A stretch of 64,000 nt of DNA from Lama guanicoe (lineage: Eukaryota): assembly GCA_013239625.1 (NCBI GenBank), contig MU053881.1, forward strand, positions 10,530,873-10,594,872, in the 5' to 3' direction. The notes under the pieces were generated by a model. The model was not told the DNA's origin. It was given only the letters and a program-made list of their open reading frames with translations, and did no database searches. Positions 36,411 through 49,400 of the stretch are shown piece by piece. Numbering within the stretch: position 1 is the first letter of the stretch; every line of letters begins with the position of its first letter. The translations under genes and the position numbers were made by a program.

Positions 36411-38399
36411 AGTATGGACGTCCATATGTTCAGTTCTTGGAGCCTCTTAAGTCATTCAGCATTGCATACAAAGAAAACAAAGGCACAGCCCTTACTTTCA
36501 TAAGTGGCTGCAATCATATGCCTATCTCTAATCTCAGGAGACTCTGGTGGACGCCATAACACCCACTATAGCATCGCTTCAGATCCAATGACCACGTGTA
36601 GGACCAGCAGACCGATTTGGACTGGAGTCAACCATGAAGACTTAGCTTATTGAATTGGCTCGTCACTTGTGCGTATCGAATCAAGGCAAATGTTGGAAGA
36701 AAGGCATAGTGATTAAATGATCTTCAAGTGACCTTCAAGTACCAACACTGTAATTCTAAAAATTTCATTACATTAACTTGTTCATTGACTAAATGATTGT
36801 CAGCGTGATAGGAAGTTGTAAATTACTGGGTATGTGCTTGAAAAACATCAGACTAGCATTTCTCAGTGACAAATAATACTCTAAAGCTCTTAATTGAATA
36901 AATGTTTCTTGATTAAATAAGCTTAAAAATGCTTTATGCTAAGCAATCCTTTGGAAAGGCAAAATATTCTGTAGCTTAGAAAGCTTCTGGAAAGTCTTAC
37001 AGCAAGGAAATATTGCTAATGTTTCAACAGTCCAGTCTATTTCCTCAGCAGCTCATTTTCATTTTCCAAAACAACGTCCTTTCAACTTCAGTTTAGAAAG
37101 CATGGCTCTAGACAGCATTCTTCTTGAAGGCAGGAAACTGATTTTTTGTTTGCTGCCTTATAATTCACACCCAGCCCAGTGCAGGAGATGAATATAAAAA
37201 GGTTGAATGGATGAATACTGAAAGAGTTAGTAAAATGCATTCTCTTTTCCTGGAACTAAGGACACATATAAAATACTTTGGGGCTAAGAAAAAGTGATTA
37301 TGAATATATATGAATATTAATAATGGTATTAATATTTAAATCTACATAGTTTATTACGAATATTGCTTAACTATAGACTTGCATCAGAAGACTTTATCAG
37401 GCCATTTGTCCAAGCCTTGGAGTTAGCCTTCCGGGGCTGAAACAGAAACACTCCAGTCCCTAGTAGGAGACAAAGTCTTCAATTGAAGAGGAGAAAGAGA
37501 AGATAGATTTTTACTACAGGCAATTGCATTCATAGAATTATTTAATGATAGTATAGTTTGTCTGGAATGTGGTTGATAAGATGCACGCTCTGAAGCATCT
37601 ACTGATTTATATAATCAGCGCAGAAAGAGGGATGTACTGTTTATGGCTCAGGTATACTATCAGGCCTTCATGTTAAACAAGGTTCTTCCCAATTGCGTGA
37701 GATTTCACCCATAAGGCCAGGAAGATTACATTGTACTTTACCTGTTTCTTCTAGTTTTCTATTCATTTAAAAAACAAATAAGCTGATGAATTCATCACCA
37801 GCCACATGTTAATTACACGAACTCAGCAGATTGTGCTATTTCAGGATTCTCTAAAAGGGCTTGACAGATAAGCAACAAGGAGTCCTTTACTTGCAGCCGA
37901 ATGACAAGGTTTATAACAGTTATAATAATAGCAACAATGAGAGCAGCTTCCATTTATTAAGCAACTACTGTGTGCTAGCAATCAATTTATTTATGCACGT
38001 GATTTATTACTTAATTTAACGCAGGAAATAACTACATCTTTCTGAAGATCAGAAAAGTAACCTGACTGATGAGTGGCACAGCTCTGCTATGTATGTGGGT
38101 TTTTCTGACTCCAAAGTCTACAACCCCTGTTGTCAACAATGGGAAGTTTTCAAGTAAGTTGTTGAGAAAACAGCTGGAATGGATCTGGCAGGCAAGGTGG
38201 TTTCAGGAAGAAAGTCACAGTACAGGTGTTTCCCAGACCCTCCTTCTCTGCTCTCCTCACCTAAGATAACGCACCATGGTGCATGTATCTAATGACTGAA
38301 AAGCCATTAACAGGTGGTTCCTTTTTTCTCTTCCTCATCATGATTTCCTACTTTGGAGTTCAACTGTAGGTGCCAAGTTTTTTGTTTTTTTTTTTTCAT

Positions 38400-39170
38400 T
38401 TACTCAAACAAAAACTCGAGTCTTGCGTGGCTTCTCTCAACACCCCGCATGCGATTCATCACCAAGTTCTGCTGCTGCTGTCTTCACAACATATACACAA
38501 TTGGAACACTTACTGCAACTTCCGCTGTGCCCACTCTGGTTCAGTCGGCCATCACTGGTCCTCTGGTTACTACAATGGCCCTCGAAATACTTACCCATTT
38601 TTCACCGTTTCCACTTGGATCTACTCTCAACACATCAGCCTGAGTATAACTCAAATTTTGCACGGCCTTATAAGCCACTGCAGACACTTCAGTCTTTATT
38701 CTGTGTGAGATGGGAAGCCGTTGGTTGGTTTTGAGGAGAGATGGGCCATTATAAACAGCCTCTTTGTTGTGCTTTGAACAGCTCATGTAATCGCCCACTT
38801 CAGGGCCTTGTCAGTAAGCCCCCTGCTCTTGGAACACTCCTTCTCTGCATATGGGCAGGGCTGGCTCCCTCAGCTATGTAGGAATGTACTCAAAAGCACT
38901 CTTTCTCAGTGTGGCCTCCCTGGCTGCCATATTTAAAAATTAAACCCTTCCTCTTTCCCTCCGTTCCTCCATGGCACCATACATTTTACTTTGTATTTTC
39001 TTTACTTTTTATCCTCCTCCTGCCCCCTACCAAAGAGAAATGTTATGAAAGCAGGAGTATTTGTTTTGTTGACTGCCGTATCCAAATCCATGTCCCTTAG
39101 AAGAGGGCCTAATATATAGTAAAGCCTCTTGATAAATATTTGCTTAAATCCAAATGGATAAACTGACTAA
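38400..39170 (+). mobile_element. L2 3' portion containing an internal inverted segment
   Basis: AAAACTCGAGTC...CTACTCTCAACACATCAGCC...GGCTGGCTCCCTC...ATAAATATTTGC; the segment at about 38653-38745 is in antisense orientation. Confidence 0.8.
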
Positions 39171-39759
39171 ATGCACACAGAACATCAGTCACTAAACTTA
39201 TCTGGATCAGAATTTAACCAGAGCCTTTTATTTTTTTCCTTAAAAAAAATGAACAAAATATATAGCCCAAGGAATACTTCATTTATCTTTTACAGGTAGG
39301 GGATTATCATATACCTGCCAGATGTCAACTTCCAGATGCCACACTATTAATCACATGGCAACGAAAAGACCCCAGGACTCCTAGTCTTTGCCCTCGCCTA
39401 CCAGAGAATTGAAGGAGAGAAGATATTAATAAACCTCACAAAGTTGAACTGTATGGCACTAATTTAATAGCTTTAATTTGGAGTAATAAATTATTAGAAA
39501 TAACCGCCAAAACTAGCAAGCTACGAACTACAGAGGAACGACAGGACTTTGAACTGGAAAATGTGTAAGTCTCTCTTAGAAGAGAGAGAATGAATAGGGA
39601 TTAAGTTGGCACTGCAGAAATCAACTTGTAAAAGACAAAGTGCACACAAAAAACCCTCTCACATGTGAGTAAGCAACTGGGTTTCACACACTTACATGGT
39701 CCAGGTTTAAGCTATATATGCCCATTGTTCTGCTATAGATTTTATATATATATATATCT

Positions 39760-39848
39760 TCTTAATTTTTTATGGAGGTACTGAGGATTGAACCCAGGAT
39801 CTTGTGCGTGCAGAGCATGCACTCTACCACTGAGCTATCTCGTCCACC
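39760..39848 (-). mobile_element. tRNA-derived camelid SINE (Vic-1-like), short form
   Basis: GGAGGTACTGAGGATTGAACCCAGG...CTCTACCACTGAGCTAT (antisense B and A boxes). Confidence 0.88.
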
Positions 39849-41004
39849 TATTTCATATATATTACGTATATGTATTGTATATACATTAAAACACATATAT
39901 AATATATAACACTAATAAGCAATAACATATATTAATTTGCTAGACTTTCATTTGGCTAATTTTTAATAAGCCCCCTAATGCACATAAACCACCTGCAAAC
40001 AATCCCAATTTGCAGTATCCATTGAAACAAGGACCCAACTGGAAGGACAAACACAAGACCTGGACTAAAGGACAGAACTGTGTTTTAGACCGAATTCTAT
40101 TTAACTGCAATATGAAAAGGCAGAGGCAGTAAGTTGGGACCACAGCTAAGAGCGAGTCAGGCTGGACCCCAGACAGAACTTGCTAGAGCAGGGCCAGGGG
40201 CCGTGAAAGGGAGAGCTAAGAGATTAGGGAAGCTCTTCTTTTGAAGGTCACCACGGGACAGTACAACCTTCAGGCTTTGTGTTCTCACGCTGGGTATGTT
40301 TGTGAACAATCTAAGAATAGTCCAGGTCATGGAGAAGATGACACAGTTTATTTAGAAACTCAACACAGTGTGGCCTACTGGTTAAAAACAGGGAAAACAC
40401 CGTAAGAGCAGATTTCTAGTCATAGGACATTTGCCAAGCTGCTTCCCAATCTTTCATACTGAGTTTAAGACTGCTCTATACTAGCAACTATCATTTGTCC
40501 TGTCTTTTGAAGTCACACTAAATTACTTATTTTATTCATACAAAGGAATCCTTCAAAAATTTAAAGACAATTGTCTTGCTCAACTGCCACACTTTTTTTT
40601 TTTTAACCCTCTTCAACTTGAACATCTTTTGTTCTTCTCACTGCTCCTCGTGAGAGATGGTCTCTCAACGTGGTGTCTACCGCTTTTTGCCATTTGTCAG
40701 TGCTGTTTTCCAAGTCTGTGCCCCTAAGGGGGCCGGGTGTCCCGGTGTGGTTGATGCAAACCCTTCAGAGTCAAGGACAGCCTGACTGGCCCCTTCCTTC
40801 CCCTGGAGACCATCTTTTCAATTAATACAAGAAAAAAACTTCATCTGGTTTTTAGCTATGTCAATTTGTTAAGTCCCACTAACTGAATTTTTTAAACAAA
40901 AACCTGTTTTTTTACATGATATTATTTACAGTATATCTGATGGAAAGCAGTGTTTCAAAGGTAAACACACCTGTATTGCCTCAGCTGACAGAAAGTTGAT
41001 TCTT

Positions 41005-41168
41005 CTTTTTATTTTATAAATTTATTGGGGGGGGTCCTTAGTTTTTTAATATTTATTTATTTTTAATTAATTAATTAATTAATTAATTTAAGTGGAGGCA
41101 CTGGGGATTGAACTCAGGAACTTATACATGCTAAGCATGTGCTTACCCCTGAGCTATATACTCTCCCT
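41005..41168 (-). mobile_element. tRNA-derived camelid SINE (Vic-1-like), long form with (TTAA)6
   Basis: GGAGGCACTGGGGATTGAACTCAGG...CTGAGCTATATACTCTCCC; TSD-like CAGAAAGTTGATTCTT / CAGAAAGATTTAATCTT. Confidence 0.88.
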
Positions 41169-43871
41169 TCTCAGAAAGATTTAATCTTTAATTTTGTCCG
41201 TTTACTAGCTCTGTGACCCTGATGAGTTACTTAACTTGTTAAAGTCTCATCTTTTTAGTAAAAATGGATAATGGTTGGTTACAAAGCTTAAATTTCTTAA
41301 CAAAGGCAAAGTACGCCCCACTGTGCCACCGCACTCCAAGAAAGTGTTTCTTGTTTTATTTTAAACGGCTAACATTTTTGTAATTCTTTCTTGACCCAAA
41401 TTAAAAAGTTCTTTCAAATAAAACAGAATCAGCTTGAGAATTATTACAGCTTTAAATTGTGTCATGAGTCACCCTTGGTGTTTTGTTATCTGCTCATAAT
41501 CATCCAGACACACTTTTTTTTTTTTTTTGGTAAACAGTCATGTAAACACTTTTCTACCTCACTAACCCCCACCCCCAAAACAAAACAAAAAGCAGTCCAG
41601 TGGCCCAGAGACCTGCAGTATACCATAAGGACTGGTCTATGCTTATGATCACTGAAATATTACATGTCTACATAATCCCTGTGACATACTACTGCCAAGA
41701 CGTGATGCCTTTTTGGAAAATGGAAAACACTCTAAAGTTCTTGTTTTTGAAAGGAACAGTGCAAGTTAGATGAAACTGATTAACAACTGGGTTGAAGAAA
41801 TGATTAATTTATATTTCTGATCTGCCATGCATTTTCCCCTATAACATCAAGCAAATGCTTAAGATTTCACTGTTATCCAGTAAAATGGGAATAATATAAT
41901 CTCTACCTTGCAGTTTCCATATTCAAAGAGAGAACATCCAAAAAGTACTCAGCACAGTGTCTGACACATATTAAACTCCCAAAATTAACTGCTCTAACTC
42001 TGTAAGTTCTTTGTAACTCCATCAATTTCTGCAGTATCATTTGCTTTAATTCACCATATTATTTTTTTTGATGTTAGTAAAATAAAAATACCTCTATTCT
42101 CATAAACAGAGCATGAAAAGCAACAATTGGGGGGCAATTGACAAATGACTGATGTGACAGTATTTACATAGAAAGACACAGTGTATGTTTTATTTTCTTG
42201 ATTACATATGTGACTTTTCACACTGTCACAGAACAAGGAGAACCACAGCTTATACCTTTAAAATACGCATTTGTGTTCATTCCATTTCCTCTCTCAGATC
42301 ATATTTAGAAGGGGAGCGTCATTTCTTGTGAATTTGTCCAATAGTCCTCCTCTGACACAAAGATATTTATAAACTCAAAGCACTTTGTGTATTTTTTGAA
42401 AATCACCGTTCCTCCAAAGGAGGGTTACTCCTTCAGTTTTACTGAGTGTCAGAATCGTGAGCATTTAAGACGATTCTATCCAGTAGAGAGAAGATGCAAA
42501 CTGTTTCTCATTCCTGGGAGATTGTTTTAGAGTCAATAGTCATAAAAGAAGCTGGCTCTTACTTGGCTCCTTCTAGAAAGGATCTGGAAGATGGTATGTG
42601 GTGGAAAACTCCAGGTTAACTTTGGATGGGAAAAAGCACCCGCAGAACTGCACTGAGAAACTTAGCAATCTCAAACAACTTGAACTGTGGATGTTGGAGC
42701 ATTCTTTCCCCACAGTTCATGTTGCATACAACTGATAAAGTGAGCCCCAAAGAAGAAAAGATAGCACCTACTTATAAAGAGAAATGAAAACTGTTTTCAG
42801 CTGTCATAAAATTCTTGTCAGATACGTAGACTGTAATTAACCTGATATATGTATAGAAGAATTGTTATAAGAGGTGTGATTATGCTGTGGATGAGTTACG
42901 CTGTTTAGCTAGTCGTGAAAACATCGAAATTAAATTTATAACATCGCATATATGATTCGGTGCTCCGTGATTTATTACCTAGTATTCACAAAATTTATAC
43001 CTAAGAGTCAACCAAAAAGGGACATTTCTCTGTTTCATAAAAATTCATCTCTTTAACGTATTAAAAAACTGTTTGGCACTTGAAGAGAGAAGGGGAATGA
43101 AAACGAGAGGACAGACAGGGGCTGTCTTTCAGAACCGAGTGATTCCATAAGCTGCAATTCACAGCAGAGAAAACAAGAGAGCCTGATAAGGTTCTTTGTC
43201 ATTAATCTCCATCTCTCTGCTGGTGAATGAGCTACATGAAGAGGGGTGGGTTTGGGGGATGTGTGGCATGTATCAGGTTGCATTTCTCAAGGAAGTAATT
43301 TTTTGGTGTATGTGTGTATCAATCTAAGAGAATATTTTTAAATTAACTCTTATAACTGTTCTATGACCTTCAGGGGCAAAGTAACTTTGTGTGTGTGTTT
43401 TTTTTTTTAAGACCTATAACAGAGATGCTCAGCAAAAGAAATTCACAATAAAGAAAAAAACATTCATCTGGGTTTGTACAACATGAGTAAATTCTCCAAT
43501 CCAGTCTCTGCTCAGAAGGTAGCGTGGTTCTTTTATAACATAAATGAAATGATGTTCGACCCGTGTTTAGACCCTTTCACTGACTACTCATAGAATAATG
43601 TTCAAATTTACGCAGAATGTACGAGACCCTGCTTGCTCTCTCTCCTGAATTCCTTGCCGATAGCGTCTTAGTCCACTTTTCCTACAACTCATTGGTTGCT
43701 CGGGTTCTTAGAACACACCAAGACCTCACTTCTATTTATTTGTTTTTTCATCTTCTCAAATCCTGCTCCCTCGGTCCAAGCATAGCACTGCCTGCTCTGT
43801 ACCTGTCTGACTCAGTTCAGTTCAGAAGAAATGGATCTTTCTTCAGAGAAGACTTCCCTGATATGGCAGAT

Positions 43872-44270
43872 ACTATTAGTGCACAGCAATATGCCTGGGC
43901 TCCCATTCCTTCCGAGGCCTGTGGAGAGACTCCCCAGCCTTCCTGCAGTGAGGCAGGGCCACGTGACTAGCTGTGGCCAGTGACAGGTGAGCAGAAGCGA
44001 CCAGCATCACCTCCAGGCCGGGCAGCAGAAACCCCCAGCGTGATTCTTCAGACTCTCTTCCTTTTTAGCAGTGACCTGGTTGAGGTGGTGGAGCCCAGGG
44101 ACCTGGGGAGATCACTGAGACACCACAGGGACAGATGTCTCTGGGGGCTGTGTGGACCACAGCTAGTCTTGCATAGACAAAAAGTAAACTTTTGCTGTGT
44201 TTGGCCACTGAGACTGGGGGTTCTCAGCTCTGCCGCCTTAACCCTAGGCCGAGCCTACGATTCCAATGAC
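43872..44270 (+). mobile_element. MaLR LTR (MLT1I/J-like)
   Basis: GCAGTGAGGCAGGGCCACGTGACTAGCTGTGGCCAGTG and AAAGTAAACTTTTGCTGTGTTTGGCCACTGAGA. Confidence 0.75.
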
Positions 44271-44369
44271 ATCGGCCATGTTATTTGCTCTAATAACATC
44301 TGCCAACAATTTTGTTAAAATTAAATATTTATGCATTTTCTTATTAAATGTCTGCTTTCTCCTCCAGAC

Positions 44370-44600
44370 CAAGGGTCTGCAAATATTTATGGCAAAGGGA
44401 CAGATGATAAATATTTTAGGTCTGGGGGGCTTAATGCCTCTGTGATAACTACTGAGCCCTCCTGTTCCATTGTGAAAGCTGTCACAGAGACAATATGCAA
44501 ATGAATTAGTGTATCTGTGCCCAAAAAAACCCTCTATTTACAAAAAGTAGGAAATGGGCTGGACAGATTTGGTGTGTGGGCTAGAGTTTGCCAATCATTG
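44370..44600 (+). mobile_element. hAT-Charlie MITE (MER58A-like)
   Basis: TIRs CAAGGGTCTGCAAA...TTTGCCAATCATTG; 8-bp TSD CTCCAGAC (44362-44369) / CCCCAGAC (44601-44608). Confidence 0.88.
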
Positions 44601-46340
44601 CCCCAGACTATCAGATCCACAGAGGTCAGGAGCATTTTTTATTTATGATGATATAAGTTTCACTTACCAGAGATCCAGGCACAAGGTAATCAAAGCGTGC
44701 TGAAAAGAATGAATGAATAAATGAAGTATGCCAAGAGCAATCACTGCAGGATGAGGGTGTTTGAAGTTTCACTAGTGTAGTCTGATAAATTTGTTGGATG
44801 GAAGTTATTTAGAATATCTCCTAATCCCAGATTCCAGGCCCCCAGGCCATGAGTGGTTTCAACCACTGTGTCTAGATGCATCTTTATATTAACTTATAAT
44901 CCTTTTAGCATAAAATTTGGGTGGATAAATGCATGAACTGTATAGAATAGGATAGAAAAGAAATAGGATAAAATACTCTTAATCCTAGAAGATATTCAGT
45001 CCTAGACAAAATCTTTCAATATAGATTACTGAAGCACATTCAAGAAAAATGCATGAGATGAAAATGCTCTTACATGGTTTATTTCCACCCCCCTGACTCT
45101 TTCTTCTTGAAAGTATTGACATTTTCCTCAACCGCACCATTGGGATCATATTAACTATGCCTAATTTTCTATTTGTTAATTGAACATATACATGTATTAA
45201 ATATGCATTACGTGTGAGGCACTCTGATAAACTCACATGCAGGCTCCCATTTAATCTGTACAGAAATTCCGTAAGAAGAACGTTTTTGCTGCTCACATTT
45301 CAAAATAAGGAAATGGAGACTAACAGATAAGAAGGGGTTGTTCCAATGTCCAGTCAACAATGAAGGTGAGATTTGAACCTAAGTTATTCCAAAATGATTA
45401 TTATTCCACTATGTTTCATTTAAATTGTTGATTAAACAAATAATGATGATGATGATGTTGATAAACAGAGAAATATTGTTTTAATCAGGGAAATGCCTAA
45501 TTCTCTTGAGGCTAAGATGGGGACATAAAAGACTCTTTCTTTCTAGGTGGACTGATCACCTGCCAAATGTTGTCCTGCCTGATACACTGATCTCAACTCC
45601 AACACATCAGTCAACTGTTCACGTATGATTTGGCACCAATAACGTGTAACCATAAGTGACTGGGCAATTTCTAAAAATTTAACTACTGCTCTCCAGGAGG
45701 CAAGGAATGAGTGGATCAAATAAATAGCAATAAGGAAGGGTAAATTTTATTATTTGAGTTTTTGAATGGAAATGGATATAATAATCATTCCAACTTGATG
45801 CTTATTAGCACATGGTACCTGCACAAAAGATTTGAGAGGAAAGAGATGTATCTGGACATTAATTTTTTCCCCCTCAACTCTCAGTGTTTATTTTCATAAA
45901 GATTTGTGAGAGTAGATTTGCAGACTCCGTTGACTGCTAATGGAGAATTTGCTAGCCATTTCAGCTCTGCCACCATTTTGCGGAATAAAAGGTCATGACC
46001 ATTTTCTAGATATTATTCATTCTGAATACATCTGCTTATAATTAGTAATAACCGACAATAGTGTCTTTCAAAATTGTATGTCACTCAATACTTTCCAATT
46101 TTAAAAGGTTTGAAAGTTCATAGTATTGGGATTGTGCATAACAAAGACATTAAGAATATGCAAATATCTCTTAAGTTTTAGTTTATAGGATTTTTGCTCG
46201 ATTCAGTGTCCTACTTCCTTAAAATAAAACTTTCTCCAAAAGAGTTGGGAGCATTCACACCCTTGTAAAGTAAATCTTTCAATGGAGGGGATTCTGGAGT
46301 GTTTGATTCCTGCTTTTAGTGCAAATAAAAGGCTAAGTCT

Positions 46341-46445
46341 ATTTTTTTTTTTTAATTTTAATGGAGGTACCGGGCATTGAACCCAGGAAGGACCTCACGC
46401 ATACTAAGCATGCGCTCTACCACTGAGCTATCCCCGTACCCACCC
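46341..46445 (-). mobile_element. tRNA-derived camelid SINE (Vic-1-like), short form
   Basis: Poly(T) followed by GGAGGTACCGGGCATTGAACCCAGG...GCTCTACCACTGAGCTAT. Confidence 0.88.
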
Positions 46446-49400
46446 TGGGTTGTATATTTTTTAAATTTTTGTCTTGCTTGTCCAAAAAAATCTTAATAGT
46501 CAGCACTGATTGTGTTATAAATATATATGCACTATATCTCTATCTGTATCTATGTATGCATGTAGATAGATAGATACATTCTATCAAAGAGGAGAGACTA
46601 ACATGTAAGGAATATTCAAAGAAAAAACATTTATGGCACAGTGTAAACAAGAATTTGTAAAACCCTTGCAATTCTTAAGCTGGAAGGACTTCATGATCAT
46701 CTGCTGAGGTCCCTGTAATGGATACATATTGAAACTCAGGGCGATTTAGAAGACAGAATCAGCAGGGGGACCATTAAAAATCAAGCCAAGCAATCAAAGA
46801 GAACTGGGTTGAATTTGGGGTGAGATGACTACCTGGCAAACTGCTTAAAGTCCTCTGTGCCCTTAGCTATACCAGGGGCTAGTGACTCTTACATGGAAGC
46901 TATTTTTAGGGTTGAATATGAGGGGTATATATTCATGGTGACGTGTTGAAATAAATCTTCTAAAAAAAATCACCTAGCACAGGGCCTAGGTTCTAGTAGG
47001 TGCCCAGGAAATAACTGCAATTGTTTTTATTCCATTACTGCCATTATCCTCATCCACGTCTTGTTCTAGATCACACAGATAATTACTGAAACAGAAGTGA
47101 ATAGAAGCTCGTGACCCAACTCCTAAGTTAGTGCTTTTTCTGATCTATCTTAGACAAGTTTGGCATTTTGTAGACTGAAATGGCAGAAACATAGCGTCTG
47201 AGAGGAGATGAAGTAAGGCAGTCCATAAAGCAAAGGTGAGACTTTAAAAGGACAGAAGGCATTCCAGCCGGTGACAAGGGGTGGGGTTGGGAGAGGTAAC
47301 AGAATTAAATGCTCAGAGATGAAAGAAGTATGGTAAATAGAGATGATACATTACCCTACTGGACTGGAAAGTTGTTGACTACAGACAAGAAGGTAGAAAA
47401 GTTTGCTAGGTTGCAACTTGCAATGAAGGCATGTCTGGATATGATACAGAACAGATAAGGAAGAAGCATCATTACAGGATTTTAATTAAAAGAGTAGCAT
47501 GATAAAATCACTCTATAATTAACGTGTCCACGTGCAATAAAACTGTTAGAACATGGTATGAGAAGACAATGAAAACCACAATCAGACCCTGGGGATAAAG
47601 AAATTGTAAAGCGGTTGTAAAGACATGCAAAAATAATATTGCTTTACTTTTTGATATTTCTAGTACAGTACTGATTAGGGAGAAAGATGTCTCCTTTTTT
47701 TTCTTTTCTTGAGACATCTTACTAAGTTTTTTCAGGAAAAAAAAATGAGCCCATGACCAAGAAGCAAATGACTGTATTTTATCCTTTTTTCCCTCAGGTG
47801 CATGAATAAAACCTCCAGTTTTAGGAAGGGTGCAAAAACAGCTCCAAAAGAGTTTAAAGATAAACGAGGCTTCATGTCCTTTTGAGTGCAATCGGTCCAT
47901 AGAGGATTACCGGACATCTTGGTCAAGACTGAATTTGAACCAGGTTCCAAGGATGAACGCCCACACGCTAATCTGCTGAGCTACCAAGCCTACTGTCGTG
48001 CTGGTTTACAGAAATCCTATTAACTCAGAGATTGAAGGGGAGGACGATAAGATAGCAAGGTGTTGGGAATCAAGCTTCAGTAGTTTTAGCAGAAAAAGTA
48101 CTTTTGAACCATGCTATTGTATACAGATAGGAGTGAAACACCACACACATACTGGATGTACGTGTGTGTAACTACATACATGAAATTGCACATTTTCACA
48201 GATTCTATTTGGCCTCTATTACATGGCACATACAAACGTTCAACATGTTAGAAGTGGGACTACTTATTACAGTGTAGGTGTTCATGACGAAATCCATTTT
48301 CTTATTCTGACTCTTCCAAGACGATAGTGGTAAATGTAACGAAACCATGACTCTATCTTGTGTTCTCAGTCATAGTCAATGTTTTTGGGATCTGTTACGA
48401 TAATAAATCTCAATTGTTATCATCCCCCAATGTTTATTTCTCTCCTGGTTCTGGGAATACCTACCACAAACAGTATTAAGCAGTGATCATTCCAGAACAG
48501 TGGGGAATCTGGCAAGAGAGCCGCTTTAATTGCCCATCGTAAATGTTGAGTTCAGGTTTGCAAATGAGTCAGGCAACTAACATCATCACAGAGAGAATTT
48601 GCCGTGTATCTTAGGATATGGCTGGGTTGTACTGGGCAACTTACGTAGCTACACTGGGCTTTATTCTCTTATCCTTAACATCAGGAGGTCGGATTGGATT
48701 TGCTGGCCAGTGTCATCCTCTACTGTTCTAACTACTGTTAAGACTCAAGGGTATTAAAATTATTGGTAAATAAGAAAAAAGTAGAGAAACTTTCAAAAGT
48801 TAAGGTGGTAAATCCTCTTAAGAGAATAAGAAGAGCTCAGAAGTGTCAAAAATCTGGACCTAGAGGGTTCATTCCTCCTCTAAGGTCTTAAGGTGGTGGG
48901 AAATGGGGGCAGGTGACACAGAGGAGATGACAGGGCGTCTCTGAGCTTCCCTCTTTACATCCGATCAGCCCAGATGATACGTGGACTCCCTTCTAGTATT
49001 AAAATAAACACAGTTAATTATTCCTCTAAATTATTAGATTCTATATCAGGTTAGAATTCCAGGTACTGGATGACATTGAATGGGACATCTTTTCTGAGTT
49101 TTGATTTCTTTTCCTGTAAAAGGTGTCTACTGGTACCTACTGCTCACATGGCTGTGTTATGGAGGCACATGAATTAAGGGATGTGAGTGCACTTTTATCC
49201 TATTAGGCACTAAAAATGAAAGTAAAACAATCATTACAGATGAAGCTGATTACTAGCAAATGGCCATAGAAATATTAAGCTGATAGCAGACTTTCAAAAA
49301 CTCATTTAATTTAAAAGAGAACTATTTAAAATAAATGCAATTAGTCTTCATCCCCTAATTTTAAGGTGCTTTTATTTTCAGTTTGATACCAATTAAAAAT

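Larger units (their letters stand above)
43540..44726 (+). mobile_element. L2 3' portion hosting two nested insertions
   Basis: L2-like sequence 43540-43865 resumes at about 44275 and ends AATGAATGAATAAATGAA. Confidence 0.7.

Noticed and set aside
36584..36600. CCAAT next to CCACGTG as an ER-stress element
   Set aside because: The spacing is 2 nt, not the N9 of ERSE, and there is no promoter context.
47775..47945. Strong plus-strand acceptor (TTTTATCCTTTTTTCCCTCAG|G at 47798) with a short ORF MNKTSSFRKG...
   Set aside because: There is no convincing donor (CAG|GTTCCA is poor) and the peptide is unrecognised. Isolated acceptors are common.
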